Of a stretch of DNA of 31,394 bases, positions 1-11,281 are shown piece after piece. How positions within the stretch are numbered: position 1 is the stretch's first letter; the number at the start of each line of letters is the position of its first letter. Under the pieces are notes generated by a model. The model did not search any database and was not told where the DNA came from. It was given only the letters and a program-made list of their open reading frames with translations. The translations under genes and the position numbers were made by a program. The stretch is from Trichoplax adhaerens (Eukaryota > Animalia > Placozoa), in assembly GCF_000150275.1 (NCBI RefSeq), contig NW_002061014.1:2263-33656 (forward strand), in the 5' to 3' direction.

Positions 1-316
1 AGTGCGTATTTAATGTTTCATTTTTATCTTTTTCCTATTAAAGTTACTCATTTGTAATAATAGATTCAATTAGTCAATTATCATACAAGATTGAGACTAT
101 AATTTTGGTCGCATAGTAAGGCAGATTCGTAAGGAAGATTAAACTTTCACTAAATTCGTATAATGTAATATCACTATTTAAACATTGACTAATTATTTAT
201 TTACGGAAATGTCAGGAATAAACTTGGTTATATACATTATGTGAACACATCAACCAAATACCTTAATATTAAGTTGCTTTTTCTTGTAGATTAACTTATC
301 ATTACATTGCAGTTAC
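1..316. repeat. Near-identical duplicate of 1965-2280
   Basis: Direct match at offset 1964 with only one mismatch seen by eye (T285/C2249). Identity stops exactly at ...gcagttac. Confidence 0.95.
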
Positions 317-1089
317 TGTAATGAAATGAAATATGTAGAGATCAAGCTACGAAACTTTAACAAACTTTGATTCTACTTTCGTTGCACTCCGGTCGACTTA
401 ACGCTAATACTTTGACACCAAATAAAATTTGGGGAAATAACCGAACAACAATTTATTTCAAAACAAAAATGGAGAGAAGTATAAACCGAACAACCTTACA
501 AATACTTAGCTTTAAGTATTATTAAAATAAATGACAGACTTAAAAACTGTCAACGACCAAACAACCTTTCAAAAAGAAGAACGTTTTAACTTACGACAAT
601 TCGACCCCGAAGGCCTTTTAAATTTAACAAGTTCTTCAAATCAAATCTTCTTCTACTCTCCTTCTAAATTTTCTAATTGCACTATCATTTATAGGCTTCG
701 TAGAGCCGTCAGAGATATTTAAAACTAAACATTTGCTAACCAATCGCTTTTAAGATCCGTTTTAGAAAACTACTTTGCACCATTTAAGAAAACAAAAATC
801 ATTCAAAGTTCAGACACAATTTACCCTACGATTCCCTTACAAAACACTATAAAAGTAACAAGCTAACTATAAAAATACATCAAACTTCATTTCTAACATA
901 ATTTCTATCATTAATACACTATAAAAAGCTAAAAATCAACCTTTAAACATCAAGATTTAGTCATAAAAACAACATTCTAACTACCTAACAATCAACACAA
1001 CCTCTGCCAATTTCCATCTTATTTTCTATTTTCCTCACTAAATCTCCTAATGTGACTTCAAGTCACGTCATAAAATTCCAAAGTTTCAA
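317..1089 (+). mobile_element. 5' part of a putative LTR retrotransposon (short LTR ~317-417 plus degenerate gag-like frame from 531), cut by an N gap
   Basis: Starts with TGTAATGA exactly where the duplicate at 2280 diverges, with a candidate LTR end TTTGACA at 417. Reading through stops, the frame from 531 gives FFYSPSKFSN...YRLRRAVRDI*N*TFANQSLLRSVLENYFAP, reminiscent of Ty3/gypsy Gag (my pattern recognition, not a database hit). Confidence 0.6.
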
Positions 1090-1139
1090 NNNNNNNNNNN
1101 NNNNNNNNNNNNNNNNNNNNNNNNNNNNNNNNNNNNNNN
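1090..1139. other. Assembly gap (50 N)
   Basis: Run of N. Confidence 1.
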
Positions 1140-1372
1140 GATCGGTATATATCACACATATTCATAATAATACTGCATTTCTTTATATATTTTTTTTTAT
1201 CATCATTGTGCTTGATTTATTATTCTTCCACAATTATTATTACCAGACAAATATAACGATGAAAGAATAAAAATTGAGAAAGCCTTAATTTCTAATTATA
1301 GCATTCATAAAAGTCATAGTATCCATAACAGTTGCATTCAATGCATTTTTCGGGTTGATCAATCAAATTAAC

Positions 1373-1948
1373 CGTAACAGTGTGATAAAATCCAATCACA
1401 AATATCCCAAGTTGTAGAAAATTAGAACTTTATTAGATCTAATACAAAAACTAGCTAAACACAGCTCTACTCTAGCCAAATACAACTACTGAAAGACTTC
1501 TAGAAACAACTAACTGAATAGTCTAAAGTTGCTAGCTTATATACTGTACATTTCGTAGCAGTCACAGCTACAATCAGCATAGCAACATTTAACCTTAATT
1601 TATACATAGTCAAATTATTATTAGTAACAATATTTTACAGCAAACCATCATTAAACCGATATAGAAAAAACTACAGTATTCCAGTAGATATTATTCTTAG
1701 CAGTCAAAGCGCGGTAAACTAAGCATATCCTAATATATGAATTACAGTCCTATTTTTAGCTCTAGCCTTAATAGTAACGCAACACCTTACTATATATAAC
1801 CATCTATACTATAGCATAGAATCTACCATTGCAATCCATAGCTGCGAGCTACCAAATATGTCTTAAGATAACTACAGAAAGTTGCGCTTCCATACATCTT
1901 ACTAAGCATAGCTAAATGTCTACAATCATAATATTCAGTTTCGTTACA
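1373..1948 (-). mobile_element. Solo-LTR-like element, family A (576 bp)
   Basis: Absent from the paralogous site (~6867). Termini cGTAAC...GTTACA. Minus-strand TATATAAG near 1540 followed by AATAAA near 1430. Other copies at 7567-7668 and 26142-26637. No clean TSD. Confidence 0.8.
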
Positions 1949-2485
1949 AAGAGTTTTCTATGGAAGTGCGTATTTAATGTTTCATTTTTATCTTTTTCCT
2001 ATTAAAGTTACTCATTTGTAATAATAGATTCAATTAGTCAATTATCATACAAGATTGAGACTATAATTTTGGTCGCATAGTAAGGCAGATTCGTAAGGAA
2101 GATTAAACTTTCACTAAATTCGTATAATGTAATATCACTATTTAAACATTGACTAATTATTTATTTACGGAAATGTCAGGAATAAACTTGGTTATATACA
2201 TTATGTGAACACATCAACCAAATACCTTAATATTAAGTTGCTTTTTCTCGTAGATTAACTTATCATTACATTGCAGTTACAATAGTGTAATGCTACCTTA
2301 ATTGAGAGATTCATTTTTGTTTAATTAGTTTCTGAAAGTTATTTTGTTTATAATTAGTCGTGATTTACTACAACGAAGTACTAAAAGCTCGTTTCTTCTA
2401 TTTTAGCTTTTTATCCTTTACTCAATATCCTCGGGTAAAATTTTCACTAAAAAAATAGGTTAGCAGGCGCCTCTACTCCACTGAG

Positions 2486-2604
2486 TGTAATGATTTGCAT
2501 AGATTAAACTATATTAGTAGGCCGTGGCTGATGATGAAACGGTGAAGTACGGTATTCGCTCTTATACTAAGTACTAGAATCGTAGTAGCGGTGAGGCTAT
2601 TACA
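2486..2604. mobile_element. 119-bp TG...CA insertion (mini solo LTR / TRIM-like) with 5-bp TSD CTGAG
   Basis: CTGAG|TGTAAT...ATTACA|CTGAG. The paralogous empty site has a single CTGAG at 7391-7395. Confidence 0.9.
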
Positions 2605-5547
2605 CTGAGATAGGGTCATTGACGATAGATCTGCAACTTTAAAGGTATATTTGCAGTAAAAATTAGCAAAAACCTACACTCCGATATAGACTTCGGTAGA
2701 GAGCTGGCATTTCAATTGTATCTGCAATGATGTTAGTAAATAGTGACCGGACGAATTTTAAAATTAAATTTTCTCATTGTCCGAGTTTTTGAAATATTAC
2801 AGTAATATTTTTGTTGCAATTTTCACGATGACATAAAATATATATTACGCTGTAGAGTGTGATTGTTGTTTTGGATCAATCTTACGGTTATAAGGCTAGT
2901 TTTTCTATTATTCATATTTTTATTGGGATTACTCAAAACAGGGAGGATAAATTTGCGTATAAATTGTGTTAATTTGGAAGATTTCATAAGGACTTTTTCA
3001 AGGTATACGTCATTTGAACTTTGTAAGACTCTTATTTTGATAAAAAAATTGTTAAGGCCATTCTAGATCATGATAAATCGATAATATCCTGATTTTTAGA
3101 GCTACTAAGAGCTCTATGCAGCTTTATAAAAAATGTTACCATTCGAAATATGCGGGTATTAGTTTTTATTTAATCAGTTTTAATTTAGATTTTATACTCA
3201 ATTCTATCGGTAAAACTACCTGTGTGCCGTTAAGCAATCATTAATCTTTCAATGATAGTTACTATAATAAAGTACCAAAAGGTATCCACTAGACCAAGCA
3301 GATATTCTTACGTAAATTTTTAGCAGTAAAGAATATAGGTATTCTCTCCAATTGCTAATTTCTTAAATTTTTATAGAAAAGACACATTAATTCACAAGCT
3401 TTATCATCCTGTATGATGATGATTCTCTTCCCGGCTAATTCTACTCGAACTGATCAGCGTGAAAATATATGATATTTAATTCTAGTCACCTAGGTTAATT
3501 ACTTTTTATCGATATTCCTTCTAAAATGATAATGTATTTGAATATACGTAAAGAAATTGAGAATAAATATTAATGTAGTAACAATTTGCTAAAGCAAGTC
3601 CGTTTAAAGTTAGATATCCAGTAAGTAAAAACAGAGGTAGCATAACATGTCGATGCCCAAGAAAATCTTAGCTAACATACAAGTTTCAAAACAATCTCGG
3701 TAGGTGACTGTTACGTAAAATTACTATACAGTATACTCGCATACATTAATGTTAATTTGCGATATCATCTGAGCTACTGTAAATTTTACTAATTGGCGCT
3801 TATTTCTAGTTAGCCTTTTACATATAAGCTTATTGACTTGAGGATGGAGCATATTCACGGTATTTTGAGTCATGTAAGCGATATCAATATTACAAAATGC
3901 CTTTAGACAGATAACAGTGTAAATTATTTAGACTGCAACTTAACTTTTTAGCCGATTTATGCGTAAATCAGAAATTTAAATCCGATGATAAATATTTTAT
4001 TATATTTATGTAAAATATTTGGCAGATTCTAAGCTGATAGAAGCATACAAAAGTTACATAGAAATTATGGAGTGACGTCAATCTAAGTTTTAACTAATAT
4101 ACATCTTTTAGTAATTTTATTTACAAATATCTATTTATCCTTCTACATTGGTTCTACTTTCGTGAATACCAATATATATTTCATAATAGTTCCATTTTAT
4201 TGCTTGGTGCTTCATTGCCTGTGAAATGAAGTGATAGTACAAGGCTAAAAAAGCAAAAGCAGGCTTTCTATTAATTTTTAACTCGTGAATAAATCACTAT
4301 TAAAATGATAATCACTACATATTGTTTCGGTACTATATATACACGATGCATATATAAATTATTGAATATACTATGTGATGATTTACTTTCTTACTAGATT
4401 ATGCATCTATTTAATGTATTATAAATCGTAAATAATTAGCGATATTGCCGATTGACTTTGTTCGTAGCATTACAATATAGGCTACGAGGAACAAAGATTT
4501 AGATGGCTGATCTTTTAGTAATTAATTAGTTATGAATTTATATTCACTCTTATTTTAGTATAATACGTATGTCAAATATACATTGCCATACTAAGATATC
4601 ATCAATTCGATGGCGTACTAGTAGCATAGATTAAGTCATAAGGTACTTAAAGAAATATGATAATGCAAGGACTTATATGCATGAATTATCAGTACTTTCG
4701 GATAGATATAGTGATGCCAAGATAATATTTGGCTGGGATGCCTCTAATTTCCATATTGGCAGATATTTATAGATTTATAGCACTGAATTGAATTTATATT
4801 ATTACGAAGATTTATGGTAGACTGTATATGGTATATTATGCTTTCAACGAAACGTCAAAATTGCTGAAGAGCGATTAACACCTAGTAATGCTAGACTTAA
4901 ATAAAGACTCTATGTTGTAAAGTGCCTCTATATTTAAGTGGTTAATAATTAAAAGCAGATAATGAAATATGTACACATCTATTCTACGTGTCTATTACGG
5001 TCTAATATATTCGCAAGGCTAATGCAGGATAGTTTACAAATTAGTAAAATAGCTAAGGCATACATTTAAATGCACTTCTAATTCTAATTATTGTTTAATT
5101 ATAAAAAGGTACAATGGTGAAAGTTTTGGCTCTTGTAGTAATAATTTCTAACTCTAACTATAGTAGATAACTAGAATTATATTTCAAACATGTAATTTTA
5201 TAAAACTACTTTAATAAATAGCAAAGTCTAGTCGATCAGACATCATTTCAGGCATCCTATAATATAGTTATATATTATATAAAGTAAACACGATTAGGGA
5301 ATAGATATTGCAGAATAATACTTGTATTTGATTGGTAGTATAAAAAATATATTGAGTTTAAAACACTAAATTTAAAGAAAATTTCCTGTTCGTATGTTGA
5401 CGTAATCAAAATTAGATAGATTTGTATATGACGATTTACATAAAACGTATACAGTACATCTGGCGAAGGATTGAGAATTTAATATTGGCGAAAATATACA
5501 ATACATAAGTTAGATTCAGAAAATAGAACATCTATCCTATATATCGA

Positions 5548-6501
5548 TTATTTATTTAAAACATTTTTTAATAATGTAAAAAATTTCTGGTTAACACGCC
5601 GATCAAATTTTATTAAGATCAACGGATTTAAAACTGATATCGAAAATGTTAACGCTGTACCGAAGTAAGCTAACACATATAGAATAGTACTTTCTAACGA
5701 TATTTCGTAGACTGATTTACGAGTTATTGCTGTTCCGATTGCCGTGGCAAATTGTGGCCAAGTAAGTAATGCTGTAGAAAATGTGATGCTCATTAAAGTT
5801 TTAGTAAATCGTTTCTTTCGTACTCTCTCTAATTCTATCTGATTCGATGTTCTATAGCCAGGTTGTATATGATTCTTATGAATAATAATCAGTTTTGAAT
5901 ACATGATAATCATAATCGAGACTGGAATGATATACATAATAACGGCAAACATAATTTCATAAATTGCTACAGCTTGTGTAATATCAGGATAATCACAAAG
6001 CGTTGTTGAATGAGGATGAACAGCTGTGTAGACTAAGAAAGGCGACGATGTTGCTATTGATGTTATAGAAATAAGTAGTTCACTTAATATAAGAAGTTTG
6101 ATCTTATGCTTTCGATAGAATACCGACAACGGTTTTGCTATTACGAAATAACGATTAACACTAATTAATGATAGATTCATAATAGAAATTCCAAATGACG
6201 AAAAGACAATAAATAAAGTTACACGACAAATTATTGTACCTTGATAATAATTTACACTATCAGTAGCTATATAAATATAAATAATTACGGATACGATAGA
6301 AGAAACAGTGTCGGATATAACTGAAACGAGTATAAGTCGATAAGAGATTTTCTTGAAATATTTATCTGTCCATAAGAGATAAGCCACTGTTATGTTAAGA
6401 ATAAGACCAATAAAAGCGATCGGAATAGTACATATAACAACATATCGATGTAATTGTAAGCCTATCCACTGGCTATGAATCGTACTATTAGATTTATTCA
6501 T
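5548..6501 (-). CDS. Class A (rhodopsin-like) orphan GPCR, 317 aa, intact, single coding exon (copy 1)
   Basis: Seven hydrophobic segments. N-terminal sequons NKS/NST, TM1 GLILN, TM2 VISD, TM3 Cys (IICR) and ISVNRYF (DRY position), ECL2 Cys (TLCD), TM5 YIIP...Y, TM6 TWP, TM7 LNPLIL. Collinear with the other copies. Confidence 0.93.
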   Translation of the reverse strand: MNKSNSTIHSQWIGLQLHRYVVICTIPIAFIGLILNITVAYLLWTDKYFKKISYRLILVSVISDTVSSIVSVIIYIYIATDSVNYYQGTIICRVTLFIVFSSFGISIMNLSLISVNRYFVIAKPLSVFYRKHKIKLLILSELLISITSIATSSPFLVYTAVHPHSTTLCDYPDITQAVAIYEIMFAVIMYIIPVSIMIIMYSKLIIIHKNHIQPGYRTSNQIELERVRKKRFTKTLMSITFSTALLTWPQFATAIGTAITRKSVYEISLESTILYVLAYFGTALTFSISVLNPLILIKFDRRVNQKFFTLLKNVLNK

Positions 6502-7566
6502 ATTTTAAAGTATAGATAAGTTGTAAGAGTAAATTGATGTAAAAATAATAGTCAAGCTATATAGAAACTACGGTTGTTAAATTGAAGTTCTACAGTCAGC
6601 GTTCTAAAAATTTACTTGTACAAACAGAAAATGGAATGACGAATTAGTGCATAACACATTCATAATAATGCTGCACTTTATTAATATATTTTTCTAATTA
6701 TTATTGTATTCAGCTTGGTATCCTTTCATAACTTTTAGACAAGCAGAACGATTGAAACAATAAAAATTGAGAAAGCCTTAATTTCCAATTATAATATTTC
6801 ATAAAAGTAATAGTAATTATGGCAGCTATATTCAATGTCTCTTTCGAGTTGATAGATCAAATTAGCTGAGAGAATTTTTTATGAAAGTGCGCATTTAATG
6901 GAATTTTAATTCTGTTCTGTTTTTTATTAAAATTACTCATTTGTAATAGTAGAACCAATTAGTCAATTATCACGCAAAATTGGGCTGTGTTTTCATTCAT
7001 AAAGTCAGGCAAATTTGTAACGAGAACTTAACGTCGCTAAGTTCTTCATGTATAATATCACCATTTAACACTGAACATTTATGTAAACGTCAGGAAATAA
7101 GCTTCGGTTATAAATGTGAACACATTAACTAATTACCTTCGTATTAAATTGCTGTAGTCAATAATTTGTAGATTAACTCATCCTTATATTACGAATATAA
7201 CAGTATAAAGCTGCAGTATTAATGCGATTCGTTTTGTTTGATTAGTTCTGAAAGCAATTTTAATCATAATTATGATTTACTACAACGAAGAACTAAAAAT
7301 TTGTTTCTCCTATTGTAGCTTCGTATCCTTTGCTCAATATCTTTAATGTTTCATTGGAGTAAAAATACGCTATCGAGCGCCTCTAATTCACTGAGATAGA
7401 ATCGTTGATGATAAATCTACACTAGCAAATTTATATTTTACAGCAAAAGTTCGCAAAAGCCTATCTTTTGATTTAGATTTGGGTAGAGAGTTGGCATTTT
7501 CAAGTGCATTTGCATCGATGCCAACCAATAATGACTCGAGAAATTTAATAATTAAATTTCCTCATT

Positions 7567-7668
7567 AGCTACCAAATATGTCTTAAGATAACTACAGAAA
7601 GTTGCGCTTCCATATATCTTACTAAGCATAGCTAAAAGTCTGCAATCACAATATTCAGTATCGTTACA
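7567..7668 (-). mobile_element. Fragment of LTR family A (one terminus, 102 bp)
   Basis: Matches 1847-1948 with about 5 substitutions and ends in CGTTACA. It begins exactly where the homology between 6651-7566 and 1150-2777 ends. Confidence 0.88.
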
Positions 7669-7859
7669 TGATTGAATCAATCTAAAGACAAAAATTTCAA
7701 TTTCTAGCTAAGATGTTTTATTAAAATACTTATAAAATTATCTTCAGTACAATTTCAATTCACCAATTAAATTAATTTGGAGGAATTCTTGTATTATCCG
7801 ATTAATAGAATTAATTCTACCTGTTATTTTTTTAAAATTATTTAATTATAGTACTTAAA

Positions 7860-8123
7860 TAAAGTAATTAGTTAATTAATCGCCTTAATAAATTGAGACT
7901 ATAAACCACATACACGAAACATGGTATCAACAAGACTATTTTTGCTGCAAAAATAGCATTACTATTTTTAACATTGCTTTATTACATATACAAATGTCAG
8001 AAAATAAAGTTCGATTATAATTACAGACCATACAACAGCTAAATATCATTGTGTTGTTAAAGCACCATAGCCATTACTTGCAGATTAGCTCGTAATTGTA
8101 CAATAGATATAATAGTATAATGC
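7860..8123. repeat. Older degenerate third copy of the GPCR upstream block (cf. 2021-2293 and 6945-7210)
   Basis: Shared ordered motifs aattagt.aatta, attgagactataa, actattt..aacattg, aaatgtcag.aaataaa, .tagatta.ct and aatagt.taatgc. Confidence 0.65.
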
Positions 8124-8378
8124 CTCTATAATCCATCATAATACATCTCTTTCCATTAAATTCTATCTTGAATTAATTCACATATAAATAGAAGCCATTA
8201 AAGTTTCATAACCTCTCACAATATATTTTTTGTGATACTTTATCACGGTACGAACTACCGTGAAGAAATAGCTATCTAAATTTGGTGAATATAATATAGT
8301 GATAATATATTACAGCTAGTTACTTACAATAGGAATTACTCTAATTATAAATGTGTTACAGTAAATTTAATGTGGTGC

Positions 8379-8676
8379 TGTAACGTGCACTGAAATGATC
8401 TGTGAATGGACATGTTGTAGTCCGACTGTGAAAAATTAGTTAGTAGATGTTCTCACCTAAGTATTTTTATAGGATGACTCATGAATGTTAGCTGCGGTAG
8501 ATGGGTATATAAGCCCGTCAGATAGTTGAATAAAAGTAGTTCTCAATTGTGTAGTTGAGTTTAACGTAGAATCAAAGGCGTCTAAATTCTTGTGAGTAGG
8601 GATACTGAATCCGCAGATTTTAAGAGATTTAGAGATTTATTTTACGTTATCCTTGTCACGAAGCTGGTTTGTGACA
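8379..8676 (+). mobile_element. Solo-LTR-like element (298 bp)
   Basis: TGTAAC...GTGACA termini, TATATAAGCCCG near 8506 and AATAAA near 8529. More GC-rich than the flanks. No TSD or clear empty site. Confidence 0.65.
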
Positions 8677-10019
8677 TACTTTTATTTACAATAATCTATT
8701 TTAGTATAAATAAGTGAATTGATAAGATGAAATGATGAATTTTCAAACATATTGAAATAAACAGTTGAAAACTAGAAGTAAATAGGAACCAGGGCGGGGA
8801 AATATATTGATACCCAATGGTATATGAATAACGGACAGTGTTCAATACTGTCCTGTTATGTAGATTTTATAGGAATACTAACGTTGGATAAAGCCACCAA
8901 ATTGCAAGCACAATGTACTTGTTATTTTTACCTTGCTCTATCAAAAAATTAAATTACTTTGAGGGATTTTCGGCAGAAGATGAGGTAAATTATCTTAGCT
9001 ATAACTGAAGTTTAGCCAAAATAAATCAGGACTTTTAATTCAATAATGTAGTTATACATTTTTATGTATTACTGAAATATCATGCTGATGCAGAAAATTC
9101 TACGAAGTATTAATCTACGGTATCACATATAGATTTTGAGAAATTTAGAATACTTTCATCCATTAAAATATAGGGATCATAAGTTTTAGATATAATTACG
9201 TAGAATATACAGTTTATAACACTAACATTATATTACTATTCATCAGTAATGAATAGATATTTTCACCACAAGATAAAAGAATATTAATAATACTTAAGAT
9301 TAAAATTAATTCCCGTATATGAATAGTATTACTCGTGTCCTCAATTCGATATTAATAATCTAAATGAGAGTAAATATTTGAAAACATTATAAAGGAGCTG
9401 AAATAAGCCGATTTAAATTTAGTAAAAAATAGAAATCAAATTAATAAAACTCTTGTTGATACAATATTTGATTAAGTCTTAATTATAGGTAGCTATAACT
9501 ACATTATAATACTTACATTGCAAAGCTATAAGTTATATGAAATTCAGTCAAATACTCCACTTCAGGACTCTACTCAGAAGTTAGAAATTGCATTAATATG
9601 CTATTTTAAATAAGAACTTTATATGGTAGTGAGAAGCGACCTTTCTTTTATGTTAATGGCAATATATATGTTACATATATTACGAATAGTACAAGTATAC
9701 CATTTCATCTTACCATTTGTAACCCATAATTACTATATTAAGCACCTTTGACTATCCTAGATCATATGACTTATTATTTCTTGGTGCTATTTATGTTTTA
9801 AAACATACTTCTACAATAATTAAGAGAAATCACCACAGCCATATGCACGTTATGCTGACTATTTCTGGATGACTTATCTTGAAAGATTAGAAAAAGTTAT
9901 AAATTAAATTTTAAACAATTTTTTTATATGCGATGATCGTTTTTTATTGCCCTAATTAATTTGATATTCAGTATGACTATGAGTATAAAATACGCGTCAG
10001 CGAGAATAGCATTGGCAAG

Positions 10020-10415
10020 TGTTACAACCTAGGACTTGTAGTTGTACCAAGGGTTAGAGTTCACCCACGAGAGAGAGAGAGAGAGCTAGAATAACTACGT
10101 TTATTTAAATTCTAAGGAACGTGGGAAGCAGTTTTACGGGAACTTTTTGAGGGTAAGAGAAGCATTCATTTATATAGCATTCTCTTGCCCTGTTGACAAG
10201 TAAATACGTATATTGTAAACAGATTTAGACATCTATAGATTACTATGAAAAATAGAGTTAATGACATTAGTATGACTTTTTCATAATAAAGCTTATAATC
10301 TATCGTATGTGCAATATTACAAACCATAATAATTATTGTATCAACATGCTCTAATATAATAGGTAAACATACAATAACATGTGACCAATCTACCAAATGG
10401 GAAGAAGTGATAACA
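10020..10415 (-). mobile_element. Probable solo-LTR-like element containing a (GA)n tract
   Basis: TGTTA...TAACA termini, minus-strand CTATATAAA near 10172 then AATAAA near 10102, and a (GA)n microsatellite at ~10069-10085. No TSD; right boundary uncertain. Confidence 0.5.
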
Positions 10416-10541
10416 TCCTAAATATAGCAATAGTACGATATATGATAGCGAGATATTTTGTTTAGAGTAAAAATGTACGCAGAGTATCACGAGCAGAAGG
10501 TTAAACTATTGATAATAGTGCATGTAGATCAACATATCAGG

Positions 10542-11121
10542 AGCATTAAAAGTAGTCGGAACTATTATTTAGCGAATACTGAATTCGAAAATTCTTAATA
10601 AACCATGTCATACCTCATATACCAAATAGCGAAACGATTGTATTTATTATTATATCAGTGTATTAAACCTAGTAGGAAACAACTATTTAGCGAATAGTAA
10701 ACTCGGAAAGCCTTAAAAAATGATACCATACCGTATACTGTATACCAGTAGTAAAATAACTGTATACAAGAATATATCAGGGTGTAGGCTAGTAACAATA
10801 ACACGCGTGTATCACTTGCATTAAAAGTAGTTGGAAACGATTATTTAGTGAATATTGAATTCGGAAAGCCTTAATAAACGATACTATCACGCCTATATCA
10901 GGTATCAAAATGATTATTAGCAAGATATACCGCATATATCAGTCTGCGAAATAATTGTATATATATACAAAATGTAGCAGGGTATTAGACTAGCAATATT
11001 AATTCGACATCACTTGCTTTAAAGTAGTCTGAAATGATTATTTAGCGAATATACATTCGGAAAGTTCTAATAAACCATACCATACTGCATATACCCGGTA
11101 ACGAAATAATTGTATACAAGA
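10542..11121. repeat. Degenerate tandem repeat, 4 units of variable length (~120-200 bp)
   Basis: Anchor atttag[c/t]gaata...tcg[g/a]aa at ~10567, 10685, 10843 and 11040, with shared agtag..gaa, aataaac.ata and aa.tgtata motifs. Confidence 0.85.
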
Positions 11122-11281
11122 GGCCAATGCTTTCATCAGCATAGGGCAGGTTGATCAATTTTTTATGCAGCTACTGTACGCCGACCGCTGATGCTAAAGT
11201 GTGATATAGGACATGTATGTATATTATGAGTTAGCTTTAGGAACATTTATAATTTTTTTGTAGGATTGATCAATTATTCTA

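Larger units (their letters stand above)
1150..2777. repeat. Paralog of the 5' flank of GPCR copy 1 (6651-7566), interrupted by two insertions
   Basis: Collinear blocks such as cataataat.ctgca, aataaaaattgagaaagccttaatttc, ttactcatttgtaata, gatttactacaacgaag.actaaaa, ggtagagag.tggcattt and aaattt.ctcatt. Confidence 0.9.

Noticed and set aside
2528-2545. CTGATGA-T-GAAAC resembles a hammerhead ribozyme core inside the 119-bp element
   Set aside because: Only one nucleotide separates CUGAUGA and GAAA, so there is no stem II, and I could not build convincing stems I and III around an NUH site.
3270-3470. Minus-strand frame ...VELAGKRIIIIQDDKA... faintly like the QDNA motif of DDE transposases
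   Set aside because: The downstream H and SPDLNPIE-type motifs are absent, stops intervene and no TIRs were found. Too weak without an HMM search.
5548-6501. Possible opsin identity of the receptors
   Set aside because: There is no Lys at the TM7 retinal-binding position (six residues before the NP Asn is F, I or L in the intact copies) and no NPxxY.
10166-10396. 76-aa hydrophobic ORF as a GPCR fragment
   Set aside because: No family motifs align, and it lies within a probable LTR.
10542-11121. Repeat-spacer appearance suggesting a CRISPR array
   Set aside because: The units are long, degenerate and similar along their whole length, there are no unique spacers or cas genes, and the context is eukaryotic.
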